From assembly GCF_001194135.2 (NCBI RefSeq), contig NC_068989.1, positions 3,397,890 through 3,461,889 of the forward strand: 64,000 bases of DNA, written 5' to 3'. The notes under the pieces are model-generated. The model did no database searches. It was not told the origin of the DNA and worked only from the letters and a program-made list of their open reading frames with translations. The translations under genes and the position numbers were made by a program. This stretch comes from Octopus bimaculoides. Taxonomy: Eukaryota. Shown here piece after piece: positions 13,496 to 25,340 of this stretch (the stretch's first letter is position 1; each line of letters begins with the position of its first letter).

Positions 13496-14154
13496 AAGAG
13501 AATGAGTGAGTGAGTGAAAGAGAGACTCTCAAGGGACTATTTCGCAGATGGCTGACCACATCTCAGAAGATTGGCACCAATCAATAAATAGCACAGAATC
13601 TTCAGCTGCTATACAAAGTCATCAGGAACTAAGCTGTTGCCGAAGTGGGTAATTCAATTTGCATATTACCAGAGTAGACATAGTAAAATGGAGTTACCTT
13701 TTTTAACACTTATCTTTCCAGAGTTACTTAAAACACGTTTAAAGCAACAATAAACAATAACACCCACACACATAGCAAGAACATAATAAAAGACTTTAAA
13801 TAGATGAATATGTGTGACGAAAAAAGAAAACAAAAACAAAACAAAACTATTTTATTATCACAAGATATAATGATACAAAAATGGGATTTCACTCATAGTA
13901 AGAGGAATGTACACATTTTAACAAGTGGAAATATTAATATTTTGTTCTCTAACACAGCTAACATAACTCAAAAATAAGAACTAACTGAGAGAAGATTGCT
14001 ATAGTAGACTTGTGTGTCAAAGGAAGATGGTAATCTTCCTAAACAAGCATTTGAAGATTGGGAAAGCAGTAAAATCATTAATATATCCGTCTTGCAAGGG
14101 ACATAAGGAATTTCCTTACACTGACAAAGCAACAGTTACAGATAGCACAAGACC

Positions 14155-14405
14155 ATCATCGTTTAACGTCCATTGTCAATACTGGCGTGGGTTGGACGGT
14201 TTGACCGAGGCTGGTAAGCTGGAAGGCTGCACCAGACTCCAGTCTGATTTGGCATGGTTTTCTATGTCATGGTTTTCTACGGTCCTACCGAACACCAACC
14301 ACTCCAAAAGCGTAACGAGTGCTTTTACATGCCACCGGCACAGGTGCCATTTGCATGACACCAGTATCTGCCACAACTGCGATTTTGCTCGGCTTGATGT
14401 GTCTT
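14155..14405 (-). mobile_element. Family A element
   Basis: catcatcgtttaacgtcc...gtgcttttacatgccaccggcac. Confidence 0.8.
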
Positions 14406-14868
14406 CTTCTCAGTCATTGCGTCGGTGGGGCCAAATGCCCAAAATAACTCAGCCACTTTGCCTCCCTGAAGCCCAACAATTGAAAGGAACTCAGCCAAGA
14501 TGATGTCTAAAACAATATTATATTACCATAATTAGCTGAGCCAAAAGACATGGCAAACAAAATACCACTAAGCATTTCGCCAGGTATGCTAACGTTTCTG
14601 CCAGCTCATTTAATGCCCCTCTTCCTTGCTGGTATGAGTCAGAAGGTTTGGTAGGAGTCAGGGAGTCATGAGGCTGCATTGAACTCCAGTGTCAGCTATT
14701 GACACAGTTCCTACAACTGGATGCCCTTCCTAATGCCAACCACTCTTATTGTGCATGCTGGGTGCTTTTTTCGTGTGGCATGAGAGAAGTCACCAAGTAA
14801 TTTGCAAAGCAGTAAAGGAAAAAGAAAAAACAAGAGAAAGGAAAAAAACCCAATTATTATTATTATTA

Positions 14869-15136
14869 TACAGTTCTATATTTAAGAGATGAGGAATTAT
14901 TTACATTTGACGGATATTTGTCCTCATCTTGTTTGTTGTTAACATAACATTTTGGCTGATATACCCTCCAGCCTTCATCAGGTGTCTTGGGGAAATTAAA
15001 AACCTGGGTTCTCATTCCTAAGGTATTTTTCGATGTTGTTATTATTATTATTATTATTATTAAGATCACTGCCTGGAATTGAACTTGGGATCTTGGGGTT
15101 AGTAGCCCACGCTCTTAACCACTATGCCATATGCCC
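14869..15136 (-). mobile_element. Family D tRNA-headed SINE, full length, with degenerate hammerhead
   Basis: Head gggcatatggcatagtggttaagagcgtgggctactaaccccaagatcccaagttcaattccagg; hammerhead region 14941-14987 has G12A and an ATGT helix III. Confidence 0.85.
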
Positions 15137-15354
15137 AAGATTCCGAGTTCGATTCCAGGCAGTGACCTGAACAACAATAACAACAACACCAACACCACCA
15201 ACAACAACAACATAGAAAAATACCTTAGGGATGAGAACCCATGTTCGAAATTTCCCCAAGACACCTGATGAAGGCTGGAGGGTATATCAGCCGAAACGTT
15301 GTGTTAACAACAAACAAGATGAGGACAAATATTCGTTAAAAATAAAAATAATGT
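15134..15354 (+). mobile_element. Family D SINE, 5'-truncated, with intact hammerhead motif
   Basis: Starts mid-head (cccaagattccgagttcgattccagg), divergent from the minus copy and sharing 3 bp (ccc). Confidence 0.85.
15260..15305 (+). ncRNA. Minimal type I hammerhead ribozyme motif inside SINE family D
   Basis: gacac-CTGATGA-a-ggctg-gagggtatat-cagcc-GAA-ACGT-T-gtgtt: stem I 5 bp (one G.U), stem II 5 bp, palindromic ACGU helix III, GUU triplet. Confidence 0.72.
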
Positions 15355-15862
15355 AATTATTATTATTATTATTAGTAGTAATAGCATTTGATATGTTTTG
15401 TTTAGTTTTAAAACAATTTAGTTGGGTGATATTGGTCATGAACAGTACCAGTCTAGTAAGACAAAGTAAACATGCCAATGATATGTCCACAGGAATTGTA
15501 TCATTGCAGTGAAAGCAGTCAGTAGTAAGACTTCAGTTTGGTATTCTTTCACTAAACACTGACAGACTTAGTGACTCCATTACTGATATTGTTGCTTTTT
15601 TTCTTTTTTTTTTTTGGTTGTTTTATTTTTATAGTAGAAAGAATGTGACTAAAGAAACTCAAGAAGAATGAAAACAGCTGTACATGTGTATGTGGTTATA
15701 TATGTATGTAGCTACAGATATAGATGTGTGTGTGTGTGTGTGTGTGTGCATATATGTACATATAAATGAGTGCAGGTAAGGCTGTGTGGTTAAGACGTTC
15801 AGTTTGGAACTTTGTGTGTAGGGGTTCAATTTAACAGTATGGATGTTGTTGGCTAGTGTCCT

Positions 15863-15909
<47 letters not shown>

Positions 15910-16116
15910 NNNNNNNNNNNNNNNNNNNNNNNNNNNNNNNNNNNNNNNNNNNNNNNNNNNNNNNNNNNNNNNNNNNNNNNNNNNNNNNNNNNNNNNNNNN
16001 NNNNNNNNNNNNNNNNNNNNNNNNNNNNNNNNNNNNNNNNNNNNNNNNNNNNNNNAATTCAAACATGAACAAGCAAGAAAAAACACGTAAAAACACAGCA
16101 AGGACATGGGTCATTG

Positions 16117-16410
16117 TCGTTTAACGTCTCCTTTCCATGCTGGCATGGGTTGGACGGTTTGATTGAGGACTGGCAAGCCAGAAGGCTGCACCAGGCTCCA
16201 TTGTGATCTGGCAATGTTTCTACAGCTGGATGCCCTTCCTAATGCCAACCACTCTGAGAGTGTAGTGGGTGCTTTTTACATGTCACTGGCACAAGGGCCA
16301 GTCAGGCGGCCCTGGCATCGATCATGTTCGGACAGTGCTTTTTATGTGCCACCAGCACGGGAGCCAGTCAGGGGGCACTGGCATCGGCGATGTTTTGATG
16401 GTGCTTTATA
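16117..16410 (-). mobile_element. Family A element with 2 internal tandem units
   Basis: Shared tail and body. Confidence 0.8.
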
Positions 16411-16902
16411 TATATGTGTGTGTGTGTGTGTTTATTTTTATGTCACTCCTCTTCAGGTAAAAGTATAATATAAGCGAGAGAGATAGAAAGAGACGTATAT
16501 AAATTTGTACATAGATATGTATGCATGCACATGTGTATGTGTGCACGTGCATATGTAGATTAAGGAAGATTCTAGACTGTTAATGTTTGCTGAGTGTGTG
16601 CGCGCGCACGAGCACACATTAAAAATTAGTTGGAAAATTTTTTCATATAAGGATGAAACTGCTTGGAAATAGCTACAGTTTATCAAGATTGAAATGCAGT
16701 TATATGGTAGATATGAAGGATGTACTTACACACATATCTGCACACACAGATACATGTGCTCACACACAAAATATGACTATCAGTCTGACACCCAGTTCAT
16801 TTAATTTTAAAAATATCTACGTAACATCTAATCTATTTTCAGCATCCAAAATACATAAACGTCATTGTCTGTCTGACACCTTAAAGTAAAAAGAGACAAA
16901 AA

Positions 16903-17097
16903 AATAACATTATTAAAATAGGTTGGTGAGTCACCGAAAATGACCCGTCCCCAGATATGAAGGAATCCAACAGATGCTTGCTCTGCCTTGCAGAAAAATT
17001 CAGTATCTTATGAAAAGATTACTCACTAACAAATAAAAAGTCTGAGCTTGTGTCTGAGTGTAGACAAGAAAATTGTTTGCTTTTGAAGGAATTCTAA
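16903..17097 (+). pseudogene. Penelope-like element ORF C-terminus (GIY-YIG endonuclease end), degenerate
   Basis: One frame reads NNIIKIGW*VTENDPSPDMKESNRCLLCLAEKFSIL*KDYSLTNKKSELVSECRQENCLLLKEF*, resembling the PLE terminal pattern S.RC.LCL.EK..I......LN..SEL.S.CRH.N (family knowledge, not a search result). Confidence 0.7.
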
Positions 17098-17284
17098 TTA
17101 CAGATGGGTTAAATCTGTCAATCACCAATGGAAGACTCTTTTACAAAAAGAATTTTGTAAAAGAATATTTTACAAAAATCATCTCTCAAAACCTGTGACA
17201 ACAACTCTTACATAATCATCATAAGGTTTATATTCAAGTATTTTCATATTATTTCCGGTATCTCTTTTCATTCTGCATACAGAG

Positions 17285-17720
17285 ATGCATGCGTAGCTTT
17301 ATGGTTAAGAAACTTGCTTGACAACCATGCGGCTCCTGGTTTGACAGCTTTAGCAAGTGTCGTAAGTGTCGTCTACTACAGTCTTGCGTTAACCAATACC
17401 TTGGGAAAAGAATTTGGCAGACGGAAGCTGAGCAAAAGCCCAGTGTGTTTGTGTTTGTCCCTGCACCATCACTTGAAAACCAATGTTGGTGTGTTCACAT
17501 CCCTGTAAATTAGCAGTTCAGCAAAAGAGACCGATAGAATAAGTACTAGGTTTACAAAGAATAAGTCCTGGGGGTTATTTGTTCAACTAAAGGCGGTGTT
17601 CCAGCATGGCCACAGTCAAATGAGTGAAACAAGTAAAAGAATAAGAGAGAACCCCTTCAAGGCAGAGCTCTAGCATAGCTGCAGTCCAATGATTGTAGCA
17701 ACTAAGATACAAGATAAAAG
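17285..17720 (+). mobile_element. Family B SINE with partly duplicated 3' tail
   Basis: gaataagtactaggtttacaaagaataagtcctggggg...ccagcatggccacagtc. Confidence 0.8.
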
Positions 17721-19173
17721 GCACCCTACAAGACGATGGGGGAACAGCAGGCATAACAGGGAAATGTCACTTAACGAGGTTAGTTATGTTTATTCAGGAA
17801 GATTATATATCCTAACAAGTTTTGTTCCTAAAGGAGCTTAAAGCAACTGGCACTGATAAAAAAGATATTTTTGTAACTCTAAAGCTTGTACTTCACAGCC
17901 CCAGACATATCCTGGAATAACTGTGTTGGAATTTACACTGATAGCACTACAAGTAGGGCATTACAAAACTCTTGAGAAAAATCATACAAGTGTGGTTACT
18001 CTCAAGGGTTTTGTAACATTGGTTGGAAACACGAAGCCAGATATAGTTACAACTGATTGCTTCATTCCCCATGAAACTGCCATGATCAAGACCCTTTGAG
18101 TGATAAAATCAAAGCAGTTCTGAATGTTGTTTAAATGATCTTCAACAAGAAAGTCCCTGAAAACTTGGAACTTAACACAGTTGTGCAAGTCTATGGATGT
18201 TGACATCACATCCCTCTTGTATCACACTTATATGATGTGGATATCGTGAGGGAAAGTACCGTCAGGCGTACGTCAACATTATAAAAATTAAAAAAGAAAA
18301 AGGTATCGGGTGACACGCCATGCTTGAGGAGATGTATTGAGTCCAGCAAATTCAAAATCAAATGGAACCACTGACTTATATTATGCCATGAAAACCAGGC
18401 AAGTGGTCCTAGGAATCCCAGAACTCGACAGCAATGTCCAAGATGTTGATGATGATGATTCACTAATGATAAGTTGTCTGTGAAATTGGTTTGTTTTTGC
18501 TGTTATATTTGAGTGCATAAACAAAGTAAACCCATATGTACAAGTAAACAATAACAGGTTTTAGTTTTCTGAGAGAACAGATTCTTTACAACCCCACCCT
18601 GTTATCCAGTAATGTTACCCCAAGAGAGGATAGTTGTTAAGCATCTGACCTCAGATTACCAGAATTTGGTAAAAATGCCAAGGTCAAGTCTCCCCATTAA
18701 CACTGTCAGTGATATGCTCCCATGTTTGTTTGCTTGATTTTTGTTTAACTTTACAACCATGACTCAACAGCCATTTTGTAATAAAGTTTACTTCATTTTA
18801 ATAATTATTATTTGGAAACCTAAAAGCCAAAAAAAAAAACCTCTTTTTTTTTTCAGTTTGTGCTTATTGTTTTGTGGCTGAGATAGAAATGGGATTCTGC
18901 AGTAAATTGGATCCAGAAGTTTTTGAAACAAGTATGGTGGAAGTGAATATCTTGTGAATGACATGAATGGCATGTACAGAGATGTTGTCAGCAAGGCAAG
19001 AGTTAGTAATAAGTTCAACAAGGAATTCAACTTGCGAGGTGTCCATCAGGGTTCAGCACTTAGGCCCTCCTATTTATTACTGTTATCCAAGCCATGATAG
19101 AAGAGTTTGAGCTTGGTTGACAAGGGTAAGTTCTTTAGGCTAATGACCTCGTTCTCACGACTGAACCTATTAA

Positions 19174-19393
19174 CCCTTTTATTACTAACCTGGCCAAAAC
19201 CAGCTCAGGCTCTGAGTACAAATGTCTTGTTTTCATAAGTTTTGAATTAAAATCTTCCACCAAACCTTCGTCACAATTTATGTTCCTAACACTAGCTTAA
19301 TGATAACTAAGTTATTTTACTAGATTCTTTGCTATATTTAAAGTAATTGAAAGAAACACAGAGCATCTCAAAATAAATACAGTAATGAAGGGG
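19174..19393. mobile_element. piggyBac-like MITE
   Basis: TTAA on both sides (19170-19173, 19394-19397); CCC/GGG ends; 13-bp TIRs matching at 11/13. Confidence 0.8.
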
Positions 19394-19467
19394 TTAAATA
19401 ATTTGAGAAGTTTCAAATATGGAAATGGAGCTTAGAATCAAGAGATATTAAGTTAAATCTAGTAAAG

Positions 19468-19660
19468 CAGTGGTGCTGGTGCCTTGTAAAAAGCACTAAG
19501 TCCACTCTGCTGAGTGGTTGGCATTAGGAAGGGCATCCAGCTGGAGAAACCAAGCCAAAACAAACATGGAGCTTGGTGTGGCCCCTGACCTTACCAGCAC
19601 CTGTCAAACTATCCAACCCATACCAGCGTGGAAAACAGATGTTAAATGATGATGATGGTG
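19468..19660 (+). mobile_element. Family A-related element nested in the RTE relic
   Basis: ttggcattaggaagggcatccagctgg...gttaaatgatgatgatg. Confidence 0.75.
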
Positions 19661-20010
19661 ATAGACACAGAGGTTTTTGTTAACAAGAAAGGAGACAAGA
19701 TTGTGCTGTCATCTGAGAAATGCTGCTCAATACACAGAAGAGTAGGAGCTTGAAGTTTCATACAGTGTATTCAATGTACGCGAAAAGTGCGAAAGACATG
19801 AAGTGGAATCACAGACAGACTGACACAGAAGGACTTTGTATGCAAATGTGTAAGAGCAGTTAGGAGCAAGAGTATCCACAAAATAAATTCTTTAAATGCT
19901 TGAAAGACTCCCAAGAAGCAACTGCTAATTTCTGTTACCTAGGTAACATATTTAGCAGTGGAAATGGTATTCCACCAGCATAGTAGCCAGATTAAAACAG
20001 GGTGGAAAAA

Positions 20011-20261
20011 CATTATTTACATTTGATGGATATTTGCCCTCATCTTGTTTGTTGTTAACACACCGTTTCGACTGATATACCTTCCAGCCTTCATCAGGTG
20101 TCTTGTGGAAATTTCAAACCTGGGTTCTCATTCCTAAGGTACTTTTCCATATTATTATTATTATTATTCAGCTGAAATGTTGTGTTAACAACAAACAAGA
20201 TGAGGACAAATATCTGTCAAATGTAAATAATGTACATAGTTCCTCATCTCTTAAATATAGA
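20011..20261. mobile_element. Family D inverted composite insertion with 12-bp TSD
   Basis: TSD agggtggaaaaa at 19999-20010 and 20262-20273; minus segment 20011-20171 and plus segment 20168-20261 share tcag; hammerhead 20057-20102 (-) has U16.1 changed to G. Confidence 0.85.
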
Positions 20262-21478
20262 AGGGTGGAAAAAGTTCAAGGGACCATTGTCTCTGATGGC
20301 AATGAATAGATCTTCTCCAAATGAACGACAGATTGTACATGCTTGCATACATGGTAGTGAAACATGGACATTGAATGTGGAGGACATGTAACAGGTGATA
20401 GGAAATGAAATGGGTCTTCACTACTGGGTACGTGCTGTTACTGTGCATCAATGACGAAGCACAAATGAGCTGAGAGAAGAATCAACTGTAAGGGAATCAA
20501 ATGGAGTGTGACAGAAAGAAGGCTGAGTTCATCTAGATAATGTGACGCAGAGGGAAGATGACACTTGGATAAAGAGATGTCAAAGTAGAATCAAGTAGAA
20601 GCCATTTGCAGAAAGGGGAACACCAAGAAAGACATAAGATGAGGTGGGGAAAGCTAATCTCAGGATGCTGATTCTGAAAAAAGAGATGATAAAAAGTCTC
20701 AGTTTATAATGGGATGCTGTGCTTCAGCACCGAATGATGCAAAGATGGAGAAACAGTTGTAAAATTATGATAATGATGATGATGATGATGATGACATTAA
20801 TTTAGATTATATTGATTTAAAAGCATTACTTAAGAGCTTTCACAACCATCAACACATTTCCTTTGACAAAGTTGAGAAAGAGAGTATGTACATGCTAGAA
20901 ATAGCAGCCAAAATTTTCTCAAACCACACATTACTGTCTTAATAAGAAAGACACATTTGAAAAGTCACCCAAGATATAAACAGTGGGAAAAATGATTGGA
21001 TTGGTCATGACTGGAATGGTCTTGATCACTGCAGCTCTTGCCTTGAGTTAAACAACATAAACAACATTTTTCGCTTTATAATATAGTATTGATCTAACCA
21101 CCGACAGTGACACGACTCATACAACCACCGTCTTCAATCTGTGTGAACATTAATGTATACTTCAAAAATAGCATAACCTTGACAATATGTGAATCGATGG
21201 GAGAACTTAATACACAGCAAGCAGATAATAGGATGCAATATACAACATGGAAGTAAAAACGCGGGCACGGAATGTTGAAAGTGCGTCAGAAGAGCATGGA
21301 AAGAGAAATGATGTGAACAAAGAAAGAAGCTGGGATGAGATGAGAGAGACAAACGGGATGAAAGATGCATCGTTAAAAAGAATGTAACCTTGACAACAAG
21401 CGAAACAAGGAAAAGAATAAATATTAGCAATCTGTGCTAATCTGGTTTAACACACATGAAATTTCAGTCACCTAGATA

Positions 21479-21537
<59 letters not shown>

Positions 21538-21989
21538 CAAGCATAAGTGCGTGCAGGCACACACATTAAGCAAGCCAAATAAGACTAAACACCATTTAAT
21601 TGAAAGAAGCACTTATGACACTAATAGTGAGGGCAGAGGGGTGTTTTGAAAGCACTGCAGTCCTTGGGGTGAAAGGATTGGGTAGGGTGCTAAGTGCAGG
21701 AACTAATGAACAAGAGCATTTTGGAAGAGGGAGTACACTACTAGGACATGAATATTACACACACACACACACGTGTGTGTGTAAGAATGTCTGAAGAAGC
21801 ACACCTATGGAAGTCTGCTGGATACTAGGAAATTGGAAGTAGTAAGCCAAGAAATTTTAATTACTTTCATTAACACTTTTAGTCACAAGAGTAATCGTTA
21901 TCTTAATGACTTTTTAATTCAGGTAAAAGAAAAAAACAAACTAAATGATTAAAAAAGGCAGAGAAGATAACCTTTGAAATTTTAACGAC

Positions 21990-22348
21990 CCTCTTTGGTT
22001 TCAAAATGAAAGACATTCTTCCAGCAGAATAATGCTTGGCCACTGGCATTCGAAAGGCTGGAGCAGTTTGAATGGAAAACGATGCCCCACCCACCATATT
22101 CGCCAGACACTGTGCCATCTGATTATCATTTATTCCGCAGTCTTNNNNNNNNNNAGAACAGTACTGGAGGAGTATTTTTCGTCACGGTCAAGTGGATTTT
22201 GGGAGAAGGGCCTTGTAAGTCTACCAGATAGATTGTAGAAAATGAAGGAGAGTGTATTTCAGATTAAAAAAGAACTTTGTTTATCTTATGTTTGAAAAAT
22301 AAAAGCAGTACAAAAAAAAAAACCGCATTATTTATGGGATGACCCAAT
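21990..22348 (+). mobile_element. mariner transposase 3' fragment with right terminal repeat
   Basis: FQQNNAWP..FEWKTMPHPPYSPDTVPSDYHLFRSL matches the mariner DNARPH and HPPYSPDLAPSDYHLF motifs; ends ttatttatgggatgacccaat. Confidence 0.9.
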
Positions 22349-22349
22349 C

Positions 22350-22498
22350 ATCATCATCATCATCATCGTTTAACGTCCGCTTTCCATGCTAGCATGGGTT
22401 GGATGATTTGACTGAGGACTGGTGAAACCGGATGGCAACATCAGGCTCCAATCTAATTTGGCAGAGTTTCTACAGCTGGATGCCCTTCCTAATGCCAA

Positions 22499-22500
<2 letters not shown>
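22350..22500 (-). mobile_element. Family A element (3' part)
   Basis: Well-conserved tail catcatcgtttaacgtccgctttccatgctagcatggg. Confidence 0.85.
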
Positions 22501-22569
<69 letters not shown>

Positions 22570-22980
22570 CATATGCACACACACACACCCTCCCTGCACA
22601 CACGAGATAGAGGGATAAAAAGAGTTATAAATAAACAGATAATGAACAGATTTATCTATGTGGGGGATGTAGGTAAGTAGGTATGTAGATTTGGGATAGA
22701 CAAATCTACACACACACACACATAGCTACTAGTTTTCTTCTGTTGAAAGGAAGAGAGTTGTGTGGGGAACACTTGAGCCAATGTTTATTAATGCAGGCTG
22801 CCACTTGCCACTACTTCCCATGTGATCCAGTTTGTTCCAGGAAAAGACAGGTGCATGTTAATGTAACTACATAACTGCATCTTACATCAGGTTTCCTTGG
22901 TAATTTCAATAGAATCTACCATTTCAATGGCAAAGGTTACAGAAAAAGGAAGGAAACAAAAGATGTAAAAAAAAATGTGT

Positions 22981-23027
<47 letters not shown>

Positions 23028-23859
23028 CAAGTCTATTACGCAATCAAATATCACGTGAATATGTAAAAATTTAGTGACAAAGAAGAGCACAGAATATTCT
23101 TTTTATTCACACACAAACACATTATGAAACACAAACGTTAGTATATGAATGCAAACACGCAGACACAAAGTTATTGTTGTACATAATTACACACACACAC
23201 ACATATATATATATATACACACAGGTACATACACATCAATATATATGTGCAAATATACAAACACTAGTACATACACAGGAGACCACATACACACAAAGGA
23301 AACTCTATATAGATTCACTTCAGTGCATATAAGCAAACACAACACACACACACACATTCATATGTGTACAAGTATGTCTGTATACTAAAGTACACTTCCT
23401 TTAGTCCTTTCTTTTACTTGCTTGTTTTGACTGCAGCCTTGCCCTGCTCTGCCCCGCCCTGCCTTGCCCTTGATGCTAGTTTCAAGGGTTTTAATCGAAT
23501 TATATTGGCCTCAATACTTAGTCTGGTAATTATGTTATTGATTGCTATTCATTGAATGACTAAGTCCACCTTAGCATAAAGGGATGTAACTCAGTGATAC
23601 TTTTGTTCACTGCACTGAGTACATCAATATAAACAAGCACACACACACTCTCTTTCTCTCTCTCACACATACACACACTTTCTCATGCATTCTGTCTCTC
23701 TCACACACACTCCCCTTTCACACACACACACCTCATACACAGTCTCTCTCTTTCTTTCTCATACACACACACACACACACACACACACTTTCCTTAACAT
23801 GGGGTTAAGTGACAACAATAACAAAAGAAGGGGACCAATATGGGAGCTTTGACATGGAT

Positions 23860-24335
23860 GTTGGATCAGACAGAAATAACAGCCAAATCCTTCAAATGAT
23901 ACCCTACTGTCTTAAAAACGACAGACACTTTGTTCAACATGGTTCTTAGAGCAGATACAAATAGCAGCCAAATCTCCCTCAAATGACACTCTTAATATCT
24001 TAAAACAATGACAGACACACCAAATAATGTTGTCTTGGGAAACCCTGAAAATGATACGGAATAAGGATGACCTTGATTATAGACCCATCGAATCAAGCTA
24101 ACCTGGTGCTAAACAGCAACAATAACAAGGAAGTCTATACATAGTTGTATGAAGTGCAAGAAATAGCAGTCAAATATCCACCAAATAACACACTATCATC
24201 TTTTAAAAATAAAGGACCAAACAAATAATGACACCCAAGACAACATTATATCCGAAAATAACATGGGACAATCATGATGGGAAGAATTTTGAATGTAGAT
24301 TTACAGGATCAAAGCAGATCTAAGACTGAACAATA
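23860..24335 (+). mobile_element. Cluster of family F repeat fragments
   Basis: Repeated aaatagcagccaaatc..cctcaaat..cac.ctactgtcttaaaa and ...acctgg.gctaaaca.caac; other fragments at about 20890-21065, 25655-25810, 38045-38215, 45520-45690 (-), 55275-55445 and 62880-63030. Confidence 0.7.
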
Positions 24336-24649
24336 AAAAAAATAGCAGCTGTTACCTTGTAATATTGAATTAAGAAATCTGCAGTACTCATCAACGACAT
24401 TGTAAAGTTAATGGGAGCTGTCGGCAAATGTGAGATGTAAAATCAAGGTTACAAATGGAGTATTGATTGCAAGAGATAATCCTAAATAGCATTAAAAAGG
24501 ATTTAATATAATGAGGATGTATCAATTGTATGCCAAATGTGTGTATGTTGCTTTAAATCCCACAAGACAAAACACAGAAAAAAATCATATATACATATCT
24601 ATGAATACACATGTGTGGAAATGTGTGTCTGTCTGTCTGTGCATTCTTT

Positions 24650-24833
24650 CATTTATTTCAGTCATTTGACTGTGGCCATGCTGGAGCACCACCTTTAGTC
24701 GAACAAATGAACCCCAGGACTTGAGTCTTTTGTAAGTCTAGTACTTATCCTATCAGTCTCTTGTGCCGAACTGCTAAGTTACAGGGACGTAAACACACAA
24801 GCATCGGTTGTTAAGTGATGGTAGGAGGACAGA

Positions 24834-24885
<52 letters not shown>

Positions 24886-25048
24886 TGATGGGCTCCTTTC
24901 AGTTTCCGTCTACCAAATCCACTTACAAGGCTTTGGTCGGCCTGAGGCTATAGCAGAAGATACTTGCCCAAGGTGCCATGCAGTGAGACTGAACCCAGAA
25001 CCATGTGGTCGGTAAGCAAACTACTTACCACACAGCCACTCCTGCACC
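24650..25048 (-). mobile_element. Full-length family B SINE with internal (CA)n
   Basis: Head, central ccttgggcaagt motif, microsatellite and tail all present. Confidence 0.85.
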
Positions 25049-25124
25049 TATTCAGTGATGATGATAATGATGATGATTCAGGTAGCAAAAAATTGGATGT
25101 AGTTTTGGTGAATGCAAACCATAA

Positions 25125-25340
25125 CCCATTAGCATTTCATCAAGCCACACCCACTGCAAATATTCTACCTGTTTTATGTTAAAAATGGCCAGATCTAACC
25201 TCTCACACCTACCTCACTATGTCATTTGGAAAATATATAAACATGCCATTGAAATTTTCAAGCTACAATATGATAATTAATTCAAAACAATGTGAATAAA
25301 TAAGCATTACATTTGGCAGAATAACATGAATGCTAAAGGG
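25125..25340. mobile_element. piggyBac-like MITE (second family)
   Basis: cccattagcatt...aatgctaaaggg TIRs with degenerate TTAA flanks (ataa / tcaa); related fragments at about 26790-26900 and 44280-44395. Confidence 0.65.

Larger units (their letters stand above)
18936..20794 (+). mobile_element. Degenerate RTE-type LINE ORF2 3' half, interrupted by three younger insertions
   Basis: Frames give MYRDVVSKARV..GVHQGSAL..LF.....ANDLVL (RT motifs), CIQC..K..SGITDRL (Cys-rich insert), FCYLGN, HGSETWTLNVEDM, ERRL, GTPRKT*DEV, then a (GAT)n tail. Confidence 0.85.

Noticed and set aside
21780-21830. CTGAAGA followed by a gca/tgc stem
   Set aside because: No GAAA core element follows.
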